Below, piece after piece: positions 50,701-63,088 of a stretch of 64,000 nt of DNA. This stretch comes from Tubulanus polymorphus. Taxonomy: Eukaryota; Animalia; Nemertea. A program made the translations under genes and the position numbers. Position 1 is the stretch's first letter. The number at the start of each line of letters is the position of its first letter. The stretch is from positions 8,606,275-8,670,274 of the forward strand of contig NC_134032.1 of assembly GCF_964204645.1 (NCBI RefSeq). Direction: 5' to 3'. The notes beneath the pieces are model-generated. The model was not told the origin of the DNA. It searched no databases and was given only the letters and a program-made list of their open reading frames with translations.

Positions 50701-50892
50701 AAATCGCTGATTTTTTAATGAGGCCTTGAAAACACATAACTTATAGGTAAGATACCGTCAACGTAGTAGTAACAGGTGGTGGGCTACCTACCTGGGTTTT
50801 GGGGAACCGCTTGCTTTGCACCTTAACGTGGCACGATACCTCGACGATCAGACAATTCCCTGACACCAAATCGATTGATGGTGGGATTCGCA
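44721..50892 (-). pseudogene. Ig1-Ig5 module C (frameshifted)
   Basis: Exons 50892-50792 (101 nt, -2), 49023-48785, 48472-48264 (209 nt, -1), 47660-47529, 47256-47151, 46949-46765, 46105-45974, 45438-45271, 45059-44721. Confidence 0.85.
49370..50460 (-). mobile_element. Decayed RTE-like LINE fragment in the first intron of module C
   Basis: The - strand reads CETWTV...LNHFHMRCLRRILQIRWQDRI, typical of the region downstream of RT in RTE elements; multiple frame breaks. Confidence 0.75.
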
Positions 50893-51088
50893 CTGAAATT
50901 TTAAAAAGCACACTGCTGCCTAATGAAGTGATGCAAAAATGAGATATAGAATGAAGTATCCGTTATCATCGAAAGTGGTATGAATTATTATTTGTCCATA
51001 GTCCTACATTTTGCTAAAGTGATGAATTTAAAAACAATAGAAATTTCAAAATTTCAATTACATTTGCGGCTATTTTCTACTTCCTTTC

Positions 51089-54000
51089 CGATCACGCTTT
51101 CGGACGCGAGCCTATAGGTGCCGCGTACTTCCTGTACGGGTGTTGTAGTCCTGGCGACGCACGTGTAGTCACCGCGTAGGTCTTCTTCCGTGTTGTATGT
51201 CCACGAGTTGATATGCAGCGAGTTGTCGGACTTGTCCTGCCAGATTTGATTCTCGATGTAGATGATCGGGCTACCGTTGTACAACCATTCGATTCGCGGA
51301 ATCCTCGCCGGATCAGATTGCGTTTTGCACGGCAGGATGACGGTATCTGTGAATTTGAACGTCATCATCGACGCCCCGTTACTCGGTTTCGGTTCTTGCA
51401 TCTCGAGAGGCACTTTGAATACAACGTATGAACTTGAAAAAATTTATTCATAAAAAGAGGGTCATACTTTATCATAGGTTTTAATATAATCAGAGGTTCG
51501 ACTTCAGTAACAGATCATAATCTTACTGAATAACGTTCTGGATTGAAGACATTGAAAATTAGAAGGTCGTCATTATAGAAACTAATCATAATCTTTGAAA
51601 TCATCGATAATGATAAGATTGCCACAAGTAGCCGCCTTAAATCATTAACAATGATTTTACTAATACTTACAAACAACATTAATATATCCGTTCGCTATGA
51701 TGCTACCATGAATATTTGAAGCCCGACATTGGACAACTCTCATATCTGAAGCGCCTTCCCCGCCACGGGTCAGGTTACGCAATTCGTAAGTGTTCGCGGT
51801 TACCGTCAATTTGTTATCATTATTCGTCGCTGAATAAAATGCAATGTTTCTATAAATTTGCTGTCTTGGACTCTTTGGAGTTATTTCGATTTTATATGAA
51901 ATTACCTCGATCATTTCGATTAGCTGACTCATAAATCATTTACTAACCGAAATGGCATTTTGCCAAATTAATCTGTTAAACTAGATCCAGGACCCATTTT
52001 CAAATTTTTTGAACATATTTCTAATCTTTAATCTCTCGAGTTGGAAACGTTAGGTACCGTTTGTCTATGTCGGACAGACAGTAAGACGTTATGTAAACGC
52101 GATTCTGATTTTATAAGAATAGACACAATATCCGTAAATCGACAAATTAGAACTCCCGATACTAATCAGTAAACATTTAAAAGTTCCCCAGCCGTAATTA
52201 AGGTTTGAGGTTACGACCTCCATTTCTATTCAAAATGTTTTCTTTACTTACGGGGTACTGGGACGAGATTTTCGAGCCATTCAGTAGTCGGAGTCGGGTT
52301 ACCGGTCGCCACGCATTCGAATTTAGCCGTGTCGCCGATAACGTACGTCGAATCGACCGGTTTCTTGATGAACTTCGGTAAAGCTTAAAATGAAATGTTG
52401 GAAATTAACAAAGATTTCCTCGCGATTTCACGAATATAAACTATTTTTTTCTGTTTTACAAAATATTTCTGAAACCGTCATTATCGGTTTCGATTCGCAG
52501 CAAAAAAAAATCCTAATGGCGAATATTTCTTTACACACCAGGCTCGCCATTTTGTGACGGGCTATCACATGTTCTTGACATATAAATAAATTAACTTATA
52601 CAATCCTCAGTTTAAGTCGGTACCGACAACCATATGGCCAAAAGACTTCTCTGCCATCAGATCTCAGCAGAATCTATGAAAAATGTATTCTAATTGCTAA
52701 ACAATCAAGCCCAGTCCTATCTCTTCTTACAATATTGTCAAAGAAAGTATATAAGAAAATATGATACGAAATGAGAGAGCATGACTAATTAGTTTGACAG
52801 GGATTAACCTATTGTCACGTGAAGAGAGAAAAATTTGAAATCTTACATAATGCAAAATGAGACTCTTTATATTTTGATAATACAGCAGTTACGAAGAGCA
52901 AGACTTCAGAATGATTATTGCACTATACAAAGTAGGGTTACAGCAGTTTACTAACTAAAACTAACAGATTTGTCACGAAAGTGCCGCACTTGAAATATAC
53001 AACCACTACGGGATTCGAACAGACCAACAAAAGACCAACCAGGTGTGAAAAAAATCGCTTCTAAATGCCGAATGAAAATATCTTAGGAAGTGTTGAATGA
53101 AACCCTCGATGCGGGTATTTTCGCAGCCATCCTAATTTCATTCAAAACTTCACGGTATATTCAGCTTGTCATTTGAAATATTTTCGCTGTGAATCATTAA
53201 TTCTTTATTTTCATTTACTTATAAAAAAAACTTACTCATGATTTCGATGCGGGATCTGGACGTTTTACTGCCCATCGAGTTCGACACCGTGCACTCGTAC
53301 TCGCCGGCGTAACTCGGGGCGACATTTTTCAATAGCAAGTGATCGAAACCATTCGAATACGAATGAGTTGGAGGCATACGCTTGCCGTCGACTCGACGCC
53401 AAGAAACTATAGCAATTGGGCTGGAAAATATGAAAAATGTACACAACTCGTTTGCGCAAAATAAACCGCTATCGCATAATGACTTTGGCTTCGGTCGATA
53501 TTAGTTCATTATCAATTCTCAACTTTGAGCTGGAAAATAAGAATCGAATTGGTCCGACAAATGCTTTCAGACGAGCCTCGAAAAGATATATAGTGCGTAA
53601 AGATTCACTCTTCTACCCCCGGTATTTGGCGTCGTGTAGTATTCACTGACAATTGATCTACCAGAAGCCGAGGAAAATATGATTCGATTTTGTGCAGAAC
53701 CGAGTAACTAGTAACGAAACGTGGTAGATCCTCATTTGCCACAAGAGTGGAATCCTTTATTGCTACGGTAGTTGATGTCCTAATTGACACCTGGTGGATC
53801 TTCACTGACCTCAAATGGATTCCTGTTTTCTATTGCCACGGTAGTTGATGTCCTGGTACCGGAATGATTAAACCTTGCAGTTTTGACTCGTCTCATGGAG
53901 TCAGACATGAGAAATAAACTAATTTTGACTATTCCGAACTGCTTAACCGAAATAAACTTACTTTGCACTAGAAATACAATATAAATCGATCGTTTCAGTT

Positions 54001-56371
54001 TCTAAGGCGCGTACAACAGCTGGCGAATTGGCAATCAATGTCGGAGGTCTGTGCGGCACATTGGCGTCTAGAATTGGAAAAATATCGATATTTCGAACAA
54101 AATCATTGAACAAAATCATTCTAAAAGATTGGTAGCAAATATTTCCCCAGATATTTGTAATGAACAAAATTCCATAGAACAGAGAGAAAGTAAACGGAAA
54201 CTATTATTCATGTTTTTCAAATTCGACGTATTTTGACTTACTCGGTCTAACTTTGATGGTAACCGGACTGCCCTGTTTGATAACCCCAAGAGCGGAGTGA
54301 AGGTATTGACAGACGTACGTCTCGTCCGAGTTCGGTTTGGTCGCGTCGGTCGGTAAAACTTGTGAAAAATACAGGTTACCTATGAATAGAATGTTTAAAA
54401 GCACGGTTACAAAACATGGTCACCACGACAGATCCCTATGGTATCATCAAATTACCCCCATTTCCAGAAGATTCTGGCAGCTTTCGTAAATCCCCCATCA
54501 AATTGACCATAGAGGCCCTTTCGGGAAAGATGGCTAACTTCTATATGACCTCTATATGACCTTATCAAAATACCCCTGTAGACACTTCCAAAAAGATGAC
54601 TGCCACCATCAAATCCCCTTGATATCATCAAGCTAGCATAAAACCAGAACGTTAGCTTCAAGATACGCGAAGCAGAATGTTGCCATAGCGCTACAAATAG
54701 GATAGGTGACAAATTACAGTTATATGTATGAAATCCGTTGGTCCTGGGAGACATATTGATGATTAAAATAGGGAATTCCCTGGATTGTTTATGTTCGAAC
54801 CAATCATGGTAACGTTCCCTTTCATATTCGGCCCGGATGTATACTGGCACACCTGTACTGGGATACTCGTCCTTTCTTAAGGTGTGATTATTTCAATAAT
54901 TCGTTTCTGTGTGTGGGGCTAAAACCGCTTCAATGCGTAGCTAATATGGCCTAGCTGCAGATTTCCCCTGGACTTATGCGCTTATATATGAACTTAACGC
55001 TTAAAAATCTTGTTTTTACTATGAAAGATTTCGGACTAGTATCTGTACTCTGTTACCCCTAATGTTTTGCCTCAGATGATCAAGTTTCATCGGAAAATCT
55101 ACTTTTTAATTCTCGCAGCTGCGTCAGATATTGACGAATTTACGTGTTGTGTGAAAACTTACCTTTTTACAAAGATTTATTCGTAATTCATTATGAGGCC
55201 GTAAGCTTGTAAACTGCTCTGATACGCAGTGAAGAGTGGCATACGAATAATGATCTCATCTATCATGATATTAACGTATATCATTTCTGCGGATTGAACT
55301 CTTACCGGATGGACCGATCATAACCCTCGAATCGGGGATGATCGCACGTACGGTCCTGGCGTCAAACCTTCCGTAGCCTTTGATAATCAACGACGAGATG
55401 ATGGCTCGCTTCGGGAACGAGTCCGGAGGGTTACATTTCAATTCGACCATCTCTCTTTCCTGTACCTGCAACGTCGGTTTCACCTTTAAATTCTCCGGGC
55501 TAAAATCACCTATATCTGAAGCAGATCATAAAGCGGTCGTTTGAAATTTCCTGCAGCCCACAATTTTCATCGAGAAAAATCTACAAACGAACATCCAGGA
55601 CCTACGTAGTTGTAGTACGACCATGGTTGCTTTAGTGTGAAAATGGGTTCAAATCTAATGGATGATCGAGCTAAGGAGGTCTTATTCTAAGTCTTGATTG
55701 TCGAGTTAAGCCAAAAAAGATTCACTTCGAGCGTACAGGTGAACAACACCGTTTCTACCAACTATCACACGGTTATAAGTAATATTGGGGAGTGGAAGGG
55801 GAGATGGGAGAGAGAGGAGAATGGGAGGGGTCATTTCTAATTGATCTAAATACATCTAAAAGATGATAAACGGGATAGGGCACCTGGTAGGGAGGACGGT
55901 CATAAACTTACATTTCTCATTGACGACCACGGTTTTCGACACCGTTTTTCCGTAATCGTTCTCGGCGTAGCACGCGTATCTAACGTTCACCAGTGGATTT
56001 TTGGCGGCCAACTCGTTGTTGCGAGTTGGTCGCACCCTCAACTGCGTGTGATCGCGCGTTCCATCCGGTTTAATCGGGAGTAGGGATGTAAGTGACCGGA
56101 GTGAACTCGCTGTTACCGGAACTCATCATCCAGCGGATCCTAAAAGAAAGAAGACGACCGTGCGGGCAACTATTCGAAGTTCGGTTCAACCAACAAGCAA
56201 TTATCTAAATATCATAGATAATTGCTCGTAGGTTCAACTGTCGACCTGACCAGCCAAAGGGTACTTACGTCGGTTTCGGAATGCCGCTGGCTTTGCACGT
56301 CAACGTGGCGTATTCGTACGACGACACCAGGGAACTTTTCGACACCGAATCGATCGACGGTGGAATCCGTA
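51089..56371 (-). pseudogene. Ig1-Ig5 module D (most diverged; frameshifted)
   Basis: Exons 56371-56269, 56139-55912 (228 nt, -11), 55515-55306, 54379-54242, 54067-53962, 53420-53236, 52383-52252, 51829-51671, 51412-51089; the last donor is GA instead of GT. Confidence 0.85.
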
Positions 56372-59300
56372 CTGAAAACACAAATGAATGACCAACAGCT
56401 TGGTTTCGATTGACTATATGATCTCTGGAATATGATTTCGGATTTGACGCTTCTGATGATAGCATTTAATATGGACTTCATCAATAAGTTATCCAGTTTC
56501 ATTGATTAATGCGTTTATTCAACGAATGAACCGTGCTGTTATACTGAGAATGTAACTCGTGATAGTTGAGTTTTTGTTGATTTGTTGAAAGGTAATGGAA
56601 ATGAAAATTATTAGATGGTAATAACCCATAGCTGCAAAGAAATGAAATATAATGAGTTTTCTGTACAGCTGCAACTTTCGCATTCGTTCTAAAGAGAATT
56701 AAAACATTTGGAGAAAGATATCATCGCCGAACGATGTAACTGGAATTAATGCACGGTGTTACTGAAACGAATGCTACCTTGATTAATAACTTGGAGCCGC
56801 CCTCTCTCTTTGACTCATAAATGCGATTATCTCAATGGGTAAAGTGTTTGTAGCAATGTAGTGAAAGGACTATTCACGCATGTGCGAATTAGTCGGTGTT
56901 GTCGGCATTTTTATGCTTCATTCAAAGAGCAATACTGTACAGGGATCTACATGTTCAGACAGATTAAAATGCATTTCTGTAAGCATTTGCAAAGCGAAAG
57001 TAGTTGAATTTGACAGGAGACGAATCTATCAATGAAAAAAGCTGGGAAAAGTAAAATTATGATAATGCTTCGCTGAATAACCATAGGGTTTTCTGCCGAA
57101 TTTGACAAAACCGCAATACAATCTAATAATAATGAAGTGGGGTTTAGTTTACGTTGGATTGTTCAGAAACTTGGTGAAGGGCTTGTGTGGTCGCGTGGTG
57201 GTGGTATTTTTCTTTTTGAAGCTCGGTAGGCCATCGATGGTGTAATAATTCCTGAGGTGGTTTTTTTGGAATGCAGGCTAGATTTAGCGGGAAGGGATCA
57301 CGTGGTCGAAACTTGGTAGTAGATGACAGTAGGGGGTAGAGACGGTAGAACGGTACTGGCAACCATCAGTAAAGGACGCATTTCAAAATTTCGCATATCC
57401 TCGCTGTTGTTGGTAATTTTGTAGAGGATCGGATTCAGTCGTCACGCTTTTTATCTGAACGTATGTTTTTGAAAAGAAGTAGAAATATATGTAGAATATC
57501 TTTTCCGAGTAGAAAATGTTTTCATCATAGATCACAAGTGTTTTAAAGATAAACAAGATCGGATTCAATTGTTCACGCCGATCGCGCGATTTATTTTATC
57601 TTATGTTATGAAAAGAAGTAAAAATAAATATTGAATATCTTTTCGTGTCGATAAATTTTTTTTATAGGTTTCGAAGTTCATAGATCACGAAGCCATTTGC
57701 GACGGAAGGAATTTGTTCCAGCATTCAGCACCGCTAAACGAACAGCAACTTAACGTTAGCAACTGAACGTCCTATCCGAGATCGTCCAGAATTTGCTTAT
57801 TTAGATTTTGGCTATTAGTTCCTGTCGGCAGACATTTCCTCGCATTTTCCTTGTGAATACAGTCAACCTCAATCCGTATAACTTGGGACCGAGCTTTTTA
57901 GTACGGATCGAGTGACTTACGGATAACCCTAATTCTAATTCTACGAATCAATGACCATTCGTCTAAGCACATAAAGCGTTAAATAGCCGGTCTAAAGATC
58001 ACTAAATCGCCTCTTAAAATCATATGGCTACTGAAGATACTTTAAAGCAATGCGATAATGCACCATTATTAAATGTAGGAGCTATATATAGACTGACATT
58101 AGGTGGATTACTTCAGCGTTTTCGAGAATAGTAACATATATAACACATTGACCACAAACCTCATTACAATTGTTTTTATCTCTTTTTACTATATCCTCAA
58201 CAGCTGGATTACACATTAGGCTTTACATAGAAATTGGATAACGGGACCACGTAAGTGAAAATACGGATAATGAATACGAATTATAGAGACAGATTTTTGA
58301 AGGGAATAACGTTAGTTGAAAAGATCGGGGCCGACCGATTTGCTATATAATCGCTATATTGGAAAAACGTTCATGAAATCGCATCTGAGTTGTCAAAACA
58401 CTTTGAGAGTCCTGTTGTACTACATGATTGTGTTCAAGTGTTCAAGTATCACCCAGAACCTTTTCGATTTGATAGCTATTAGAATAGATAACTACATGTT
58501 CTTATAAGCAAGAAAATTAACTTGAAAGTTTATTGACGCCTTGAAAAAAAATACACACATTGCTTAATATTGTCGACAATAAAAAATATGATATCAAATG
58601 TAATGTCAAGGATCAACTAACTTATTTCAAATGACAGGCAACCAGTCTAACCCCGATATATTAATGACGTAACGCACATTCTCTCAAAAATAGGTATCAA
58701 ATTTATTCATAAAAAATTTTATGAAATATTTTCAGTCACAAAATAAATGCCAAAATTCACAATTGTTATTTTGAAACGCCAATATTGATGACGTAGTGCT
58801 CATCGACGCACACAGAGCCCTCATATAACGCATACTAGGTATCAATGTGTATGAACATTATTGTAATGGTTTTTACGGTGTCAAGAAATATTCCATATTG
58901 CATTCATCCTGATCTAACAAAAGAACATCATTTAGATTTGCGCCAATAAGAACCCGTTCGCGGTCATAAAGAAACAAACTGGTACGTGGCATATTACATA
59001 AACCGCGTTTACACACCACTAACTTGTTGTACCAGTCCAAATGGGTCCGCCCCTGGAACCGGACAAATTTGGAACGTAACCAAATAGAGTGGGCGTTCAT
59101 ATACACGTTGCTAAATTGGTTACGCAGAGTTATGACTTGCCCCGCAATTTAAACAAAAAAATGCTGTAAATTCGACCGTCGATAACTGTACTTAGATTTA
59201 CGATTTCAAAATCAAACCCCCCAATTCATTTCACTCTCGGCAGGGTGGGTTTATTAAAGGGACACAAATAAAAAAAAAATCAAACAAAATCTACTAATCA

Positions 59301-59440
59301 AATAGATAACATGGTAAATCCCTGTTTTAAGATTTTAAAAGAATCTAGAGTAAGATTTGATGTGGCTTCTATAGAACTGGGTCCGGTCGTTGGTTTGCCG
59401 CGAGCTAGATCGAGAAGACACGGGAGACTTTAAAACCTAC

Positions 59441-59531
59441 CAGAGTCCTTCGGTACTGTTAATGTGCTCTGCGCTGAGATGGCGATCACTGCAACTGACA
59501 CCAACGTTAGAAACCTCACAATCGGCGACAT
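59441..59531 (-). other. Signal-peptide leader exon for modules D/C
   Basis: MSPIVRFLTLVSVAVIAISAQSTLTVPKDS followed by phase-1 donor GTAGGT. Confidence 0.8.
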
Positions 59532-60089
59532 GTTTTCTACTTTCGATTCGGTTTTCGAATTTTCAACATCCGATCGGCACGAAATCTGTACGTGGAATGC
59601 GACTCCGTTGACACAATACCTAACGTATACCCATATACACTAAGTGAAGAAAAAAATTGTTCGAAAGTTCGAGTGAGCAGATTTGGGGCTTAAAATTCTA
59701 TCGAATCAAGCTGTGAGAATAAATCATCACTCAAAAAAGGAGAGCAATCACGAGGACTTTTAACCAGACATAAATCAATAATAGCAAATGATAAACCGAT
59801 GATTATTCGGAAAAGCGGAAGCAAATAGAATTTTCATTATTTTACGGTGATCTACCCACAACACTGTGGAAATGGGTACAAAGTTAAATACCATAATGGA
59901 CAATAAAGATACCATACATTATCTCAATAAGACTAAATGAATGATAATTTACGAAAATTTAAGTGATCATTACTATTATGCCTACTACGCGTTGATGAAA
60001 AAATTCATGATCGTTGTTAGTTGGTATACGAATGAAAGGTTGGCAAACGTCCCAAAGTAACTGGCGTAGTTACCGTGGTTCGTTCGTTC

Positions 60090-60735
60090 GCCCGAAGACC
60101 CAGTTATTTTGGGAAGTTTGGGAAGACTAAGTTAATGCATTGTTCTACGCCCCCTAGTGGCTATATGCAAAAACCAAAGACCTTGAAACTCACCACGATC
60201 ATAGACCATGTCATGAGCTACAACTTTCAAATCGATTATGGTAACAAAATATGCTTAGGTATCGATATAATGTGGATAAACTTTTTTCCACCTACGAATG
60301 AGTACTGATGACACCAAGATGGCTGCAAATTATGCATAACTTCCTGATCATATGTACTTGTCTCGAGTATAAAAGATCCCTTTCCAAAGAATAACCATCA
60401 CAAATTGCACTGAAAAATGGACAGCCATCTTGAGTCCGATCGACCCAATTTTTCTCATGCTGATGGGCCCTTGGGGATGCAAATACATACGAACGATCAA
60501 GGTAAATGATAAAAGGGTCTTCAGAATTTACCTCGAAAACTTCGAAAATGTGTAAAAAGTGCTGATTTTGGCGAACAAAAATGGTTGCCAGTCGGCCATC
60601 TTATATCTGACAGGACCAAGACATTACCTTGAAGCATCTTCAAAATCTTCTCAAAATAACTGGATTCCGTCTACGGACGGACGACGGACGAAAAGTGAAC
60701 GCAATAGCCCGCTGGGACTAAAGTCCCAAGCGGGG
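60090..60735 (-). mobile_element. Inverted copy of the 14164-15300 interspersed repeat
   Basis: GGACGGACGACGGACGAAAAGTGAACGCAATAGCCCGCTGGGACTAAAGTCCCAAG is the reverse complement of the start of the 14164 element. Confidence 0.8.
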
Positions 60736-61606
60736 AAAAAAACTGGTCCGATCTTATTCAAGATAGCTGTATGTCGGCTATTCTTGTTTACCGAAATTAT
60801 AGAACTTTTTTCGATTTTTCTAATAGGTTTTACAAGCGGGCGTTCAACAGAATTGAAATTGTTAGGCATTTCGTTAAGCTCACTCCACGTGACGCCTCTA
60901 TGTATATTGGATTTAGTTAATTCATATTCATCGTTTTCTAGAAATTGTTTCGACGTGCAAAATTATATTTTACATTCTGGTTGTTTGTCAGAATGTATTC
61001 AAATCTTCTCAAATTTGTAAATCCGGTTGTATCACGGATCAATATGTTACATCATAAATCATAATCTATTTCCCTCTAGTATTCAAATCGTCCACATCAC
61101 CAGTGACTATAGCGTTGTATAATCAATCTTCCAGACCGCACGTACAAGCTGTGCATTTGATATCCTTTTGAAAAATCACCCTCACGCATTCAAATGCTCC
61201 CTCGAACAAAGCGATATGCCTTCCAATGTTTTAGTTTTAGTTCTGGAAATTCCCGAAAGATCAATCGTCATTTGTTTGTAGGTACCAGTTCAACAGACCA
61301 TTCAGTCGCTTGCCGGTTCAGGCTGGTTGGAAGATTGTTAAACAGGCACCGAAACTGCGAAATTTTCAATTATATGTATGCACTTCGATTTTAACAAAGA
61401 ATTCAACCGGCGATGACATGATGTACTTCGATTTTGATTTTCAAAATCTAAATCCCCGTTTCGGTCCTGGCAGGTGTTGTGGCTTTGTAGGAAACACCAT
61501 TTATGTGAAACCAGATGGGACACGATAGAAACTGAAGCGAAGAAATTATTAATAATGAGTAAAGACTGATCATTACGAATTTTTTTATTCGTCATGAATT
61601 TCCGAT

Positions 61607-63088
61607 TTATTTCGATGTTTCTGAATTATTTTCTATCTTTGATGATAAATCTCCATTACAGGTGGCGTCGTGTGTTGATTTAAACGTACTGTAATGCAAC
61701 TCTCCATTTCCAGTTCCGTTTTGGATTACCTTCAGATCGTTTGTAGTTCTGTGACGCGCTAGCTTAGATTGTTTATCCCAGTCTAAAACAAATATGGCGT
61801 ACGGAACGAATATCATCGTATTCAAAACGCACGAACATTGATATCCCAACACCACACTCAAAGCGCCTAAGCGAGTAAAATACAATAAAATCAAACCTAA
61901 CGATGTTCCTATAATCAAAGAAATGAGACACGTAATCGAAATCAAGGCTATTTTAGCGCATCCTCGAATTGCAGCGTTAAATACAGCATCAACAGCAAAT
62001 ACGGGCAGACTCGCTCCGATGTACAGAAACGTGAATTTCAGTTTGTTTTCGACCGGTTTATCGCTAGCAAATCCCCGAGCGAAAACAGCGTGAAGCGAAC
62101 AAATTAGTACACCTAAAACTACAGCGACCGTCATCGAAATACCTTGATAAAACAACAGAGCTCGCTTAGCCGTCTGACCGTCCCTGGATGATAACAGGAA
62201 ACCGACTCTTATACAACACGCTTCTGATATACCCCAAATTATATTCAGGTTTATATAAATCACTTGCAACGAGACGCTTAGCGTTACGAGTTCGACCATA
62301 CCAAAAGTACCGGTCAAAATTATACCGATTGTCAGAGATGTAGAAATAGACATTAGTGACACTACTGACCCGAGAGCCATACTAATGATCTCCCATAGAT
62401 TCTTAAATATGTCCGCATTAACTCTGTATACAGCCATTGTATCTTTATTTACCAGAGAAGACGCAATAGCCATGGTAACCGTTCCGAGGACAAAAAATAC
62501 AAGCAAAGAGATGGCCCCTAGCCTGGGCAAACGTAGGACGATGACTGTGACGTAACAGATAACTGCGCTGACAACGTTATTACATATCGCTACTGTAACG
62601 ACTGGTATAACAATATTCTGAGACATTAGAAAACGCGTGAAAATGTCATTCGCGAGCACAAAAATGTTAGCGGGTGACATCACCATCAGTATCTTTCCAG
62701 CCTCTGCGGCAACGGTTGCATTTTGGCCGAGCAGTACGAATATTCTATCAGCAGTAAAATTTAGCGGTAGCATAGCTAAACTGATAAAAACCAGTATCAG
62801 CAACCCTCTCTGTAACAACAAGCGTAAATAACGATAGTTTTTGGCGCCGAAAGCTTGCGAGAATAATCCTTCTATACCCATCGCCATACCCATACCGAAA
62901 GTGTATATGAGTCCGAGGAGCGTGTCTACCAGAGAAAAAGCGGCTTGCGAAATCAAATTCGATTGCGCAACTATCATACAACACGTTATATACGGTAAAT
63001 CGATTAAAACAGGAACGACTACAATCGGCCAAGACGCCACGAGAAAGAAACGCAATTCCTCGCCTAACCAATCCGGAAGCGCGTTCAT
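61607..63088 (-). CDS. MATE (SLC47-like) multidrug and toxin extrusion transporter, single coding exon
   Basis: Multi-TM ORF with MATE-like motifs GMAMGIEGLFSQAFGAKNY, LQRGLLIL, ACCIRVGFLL, NAAIRGCAK. First in-frame ATG at 63088; the frame stays open upstream to 63154. Confidence 0.9.
   Translation of the reverse strand: MNALPDWLGEELRFFLVASWPIVVVPVLIDLPYITCCMIVAQSNLISQAAFSLVDTLLGLIYTFGMGMAMGIEGLFSQAFGAKNYRYLRLLLQRGLLILVFISLAMLPLNFTADRIFVLLGQNATVAAEAGKILMVMSPANIFVLANDIFTRFLMSQNIVIPVVTVAICNNVVSAVICYVTVIVLRLPRLGAISLLVFFVLGTVTMAIASSLVNKDTMAVYRVNADIFKNLWEIISMALGSVVSLMSISTSLTIGIILTGTFGMVELVTLSVSLQVIYINLNIIWGISEACCIRVGFLLSSRDGQTAKRALLFYQGISMTVAVVLGVLICSLHAVFARGFASDKPVENKLKFTFLYIGASLPVFAVDAVFNAAIRGCAKIALISITCLISLIIGTSLGLILLYFTRLGALSVVLGYQCSCVLNTMIFVPYAIFVLDWDKQSKLARHRTTNDLKVIQNGTGNGELHYSTFKSTHDATCNGDLSSKIENNSETSK

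Noticed and set aside
28022-56371. Dscam-like mutually exclusive exon clusters serving the + gene
   Set aside because: The copies are whole multi-exon modules on the opposite strand, downstream of the stop codon, so they cannot be cis-spliced into it.
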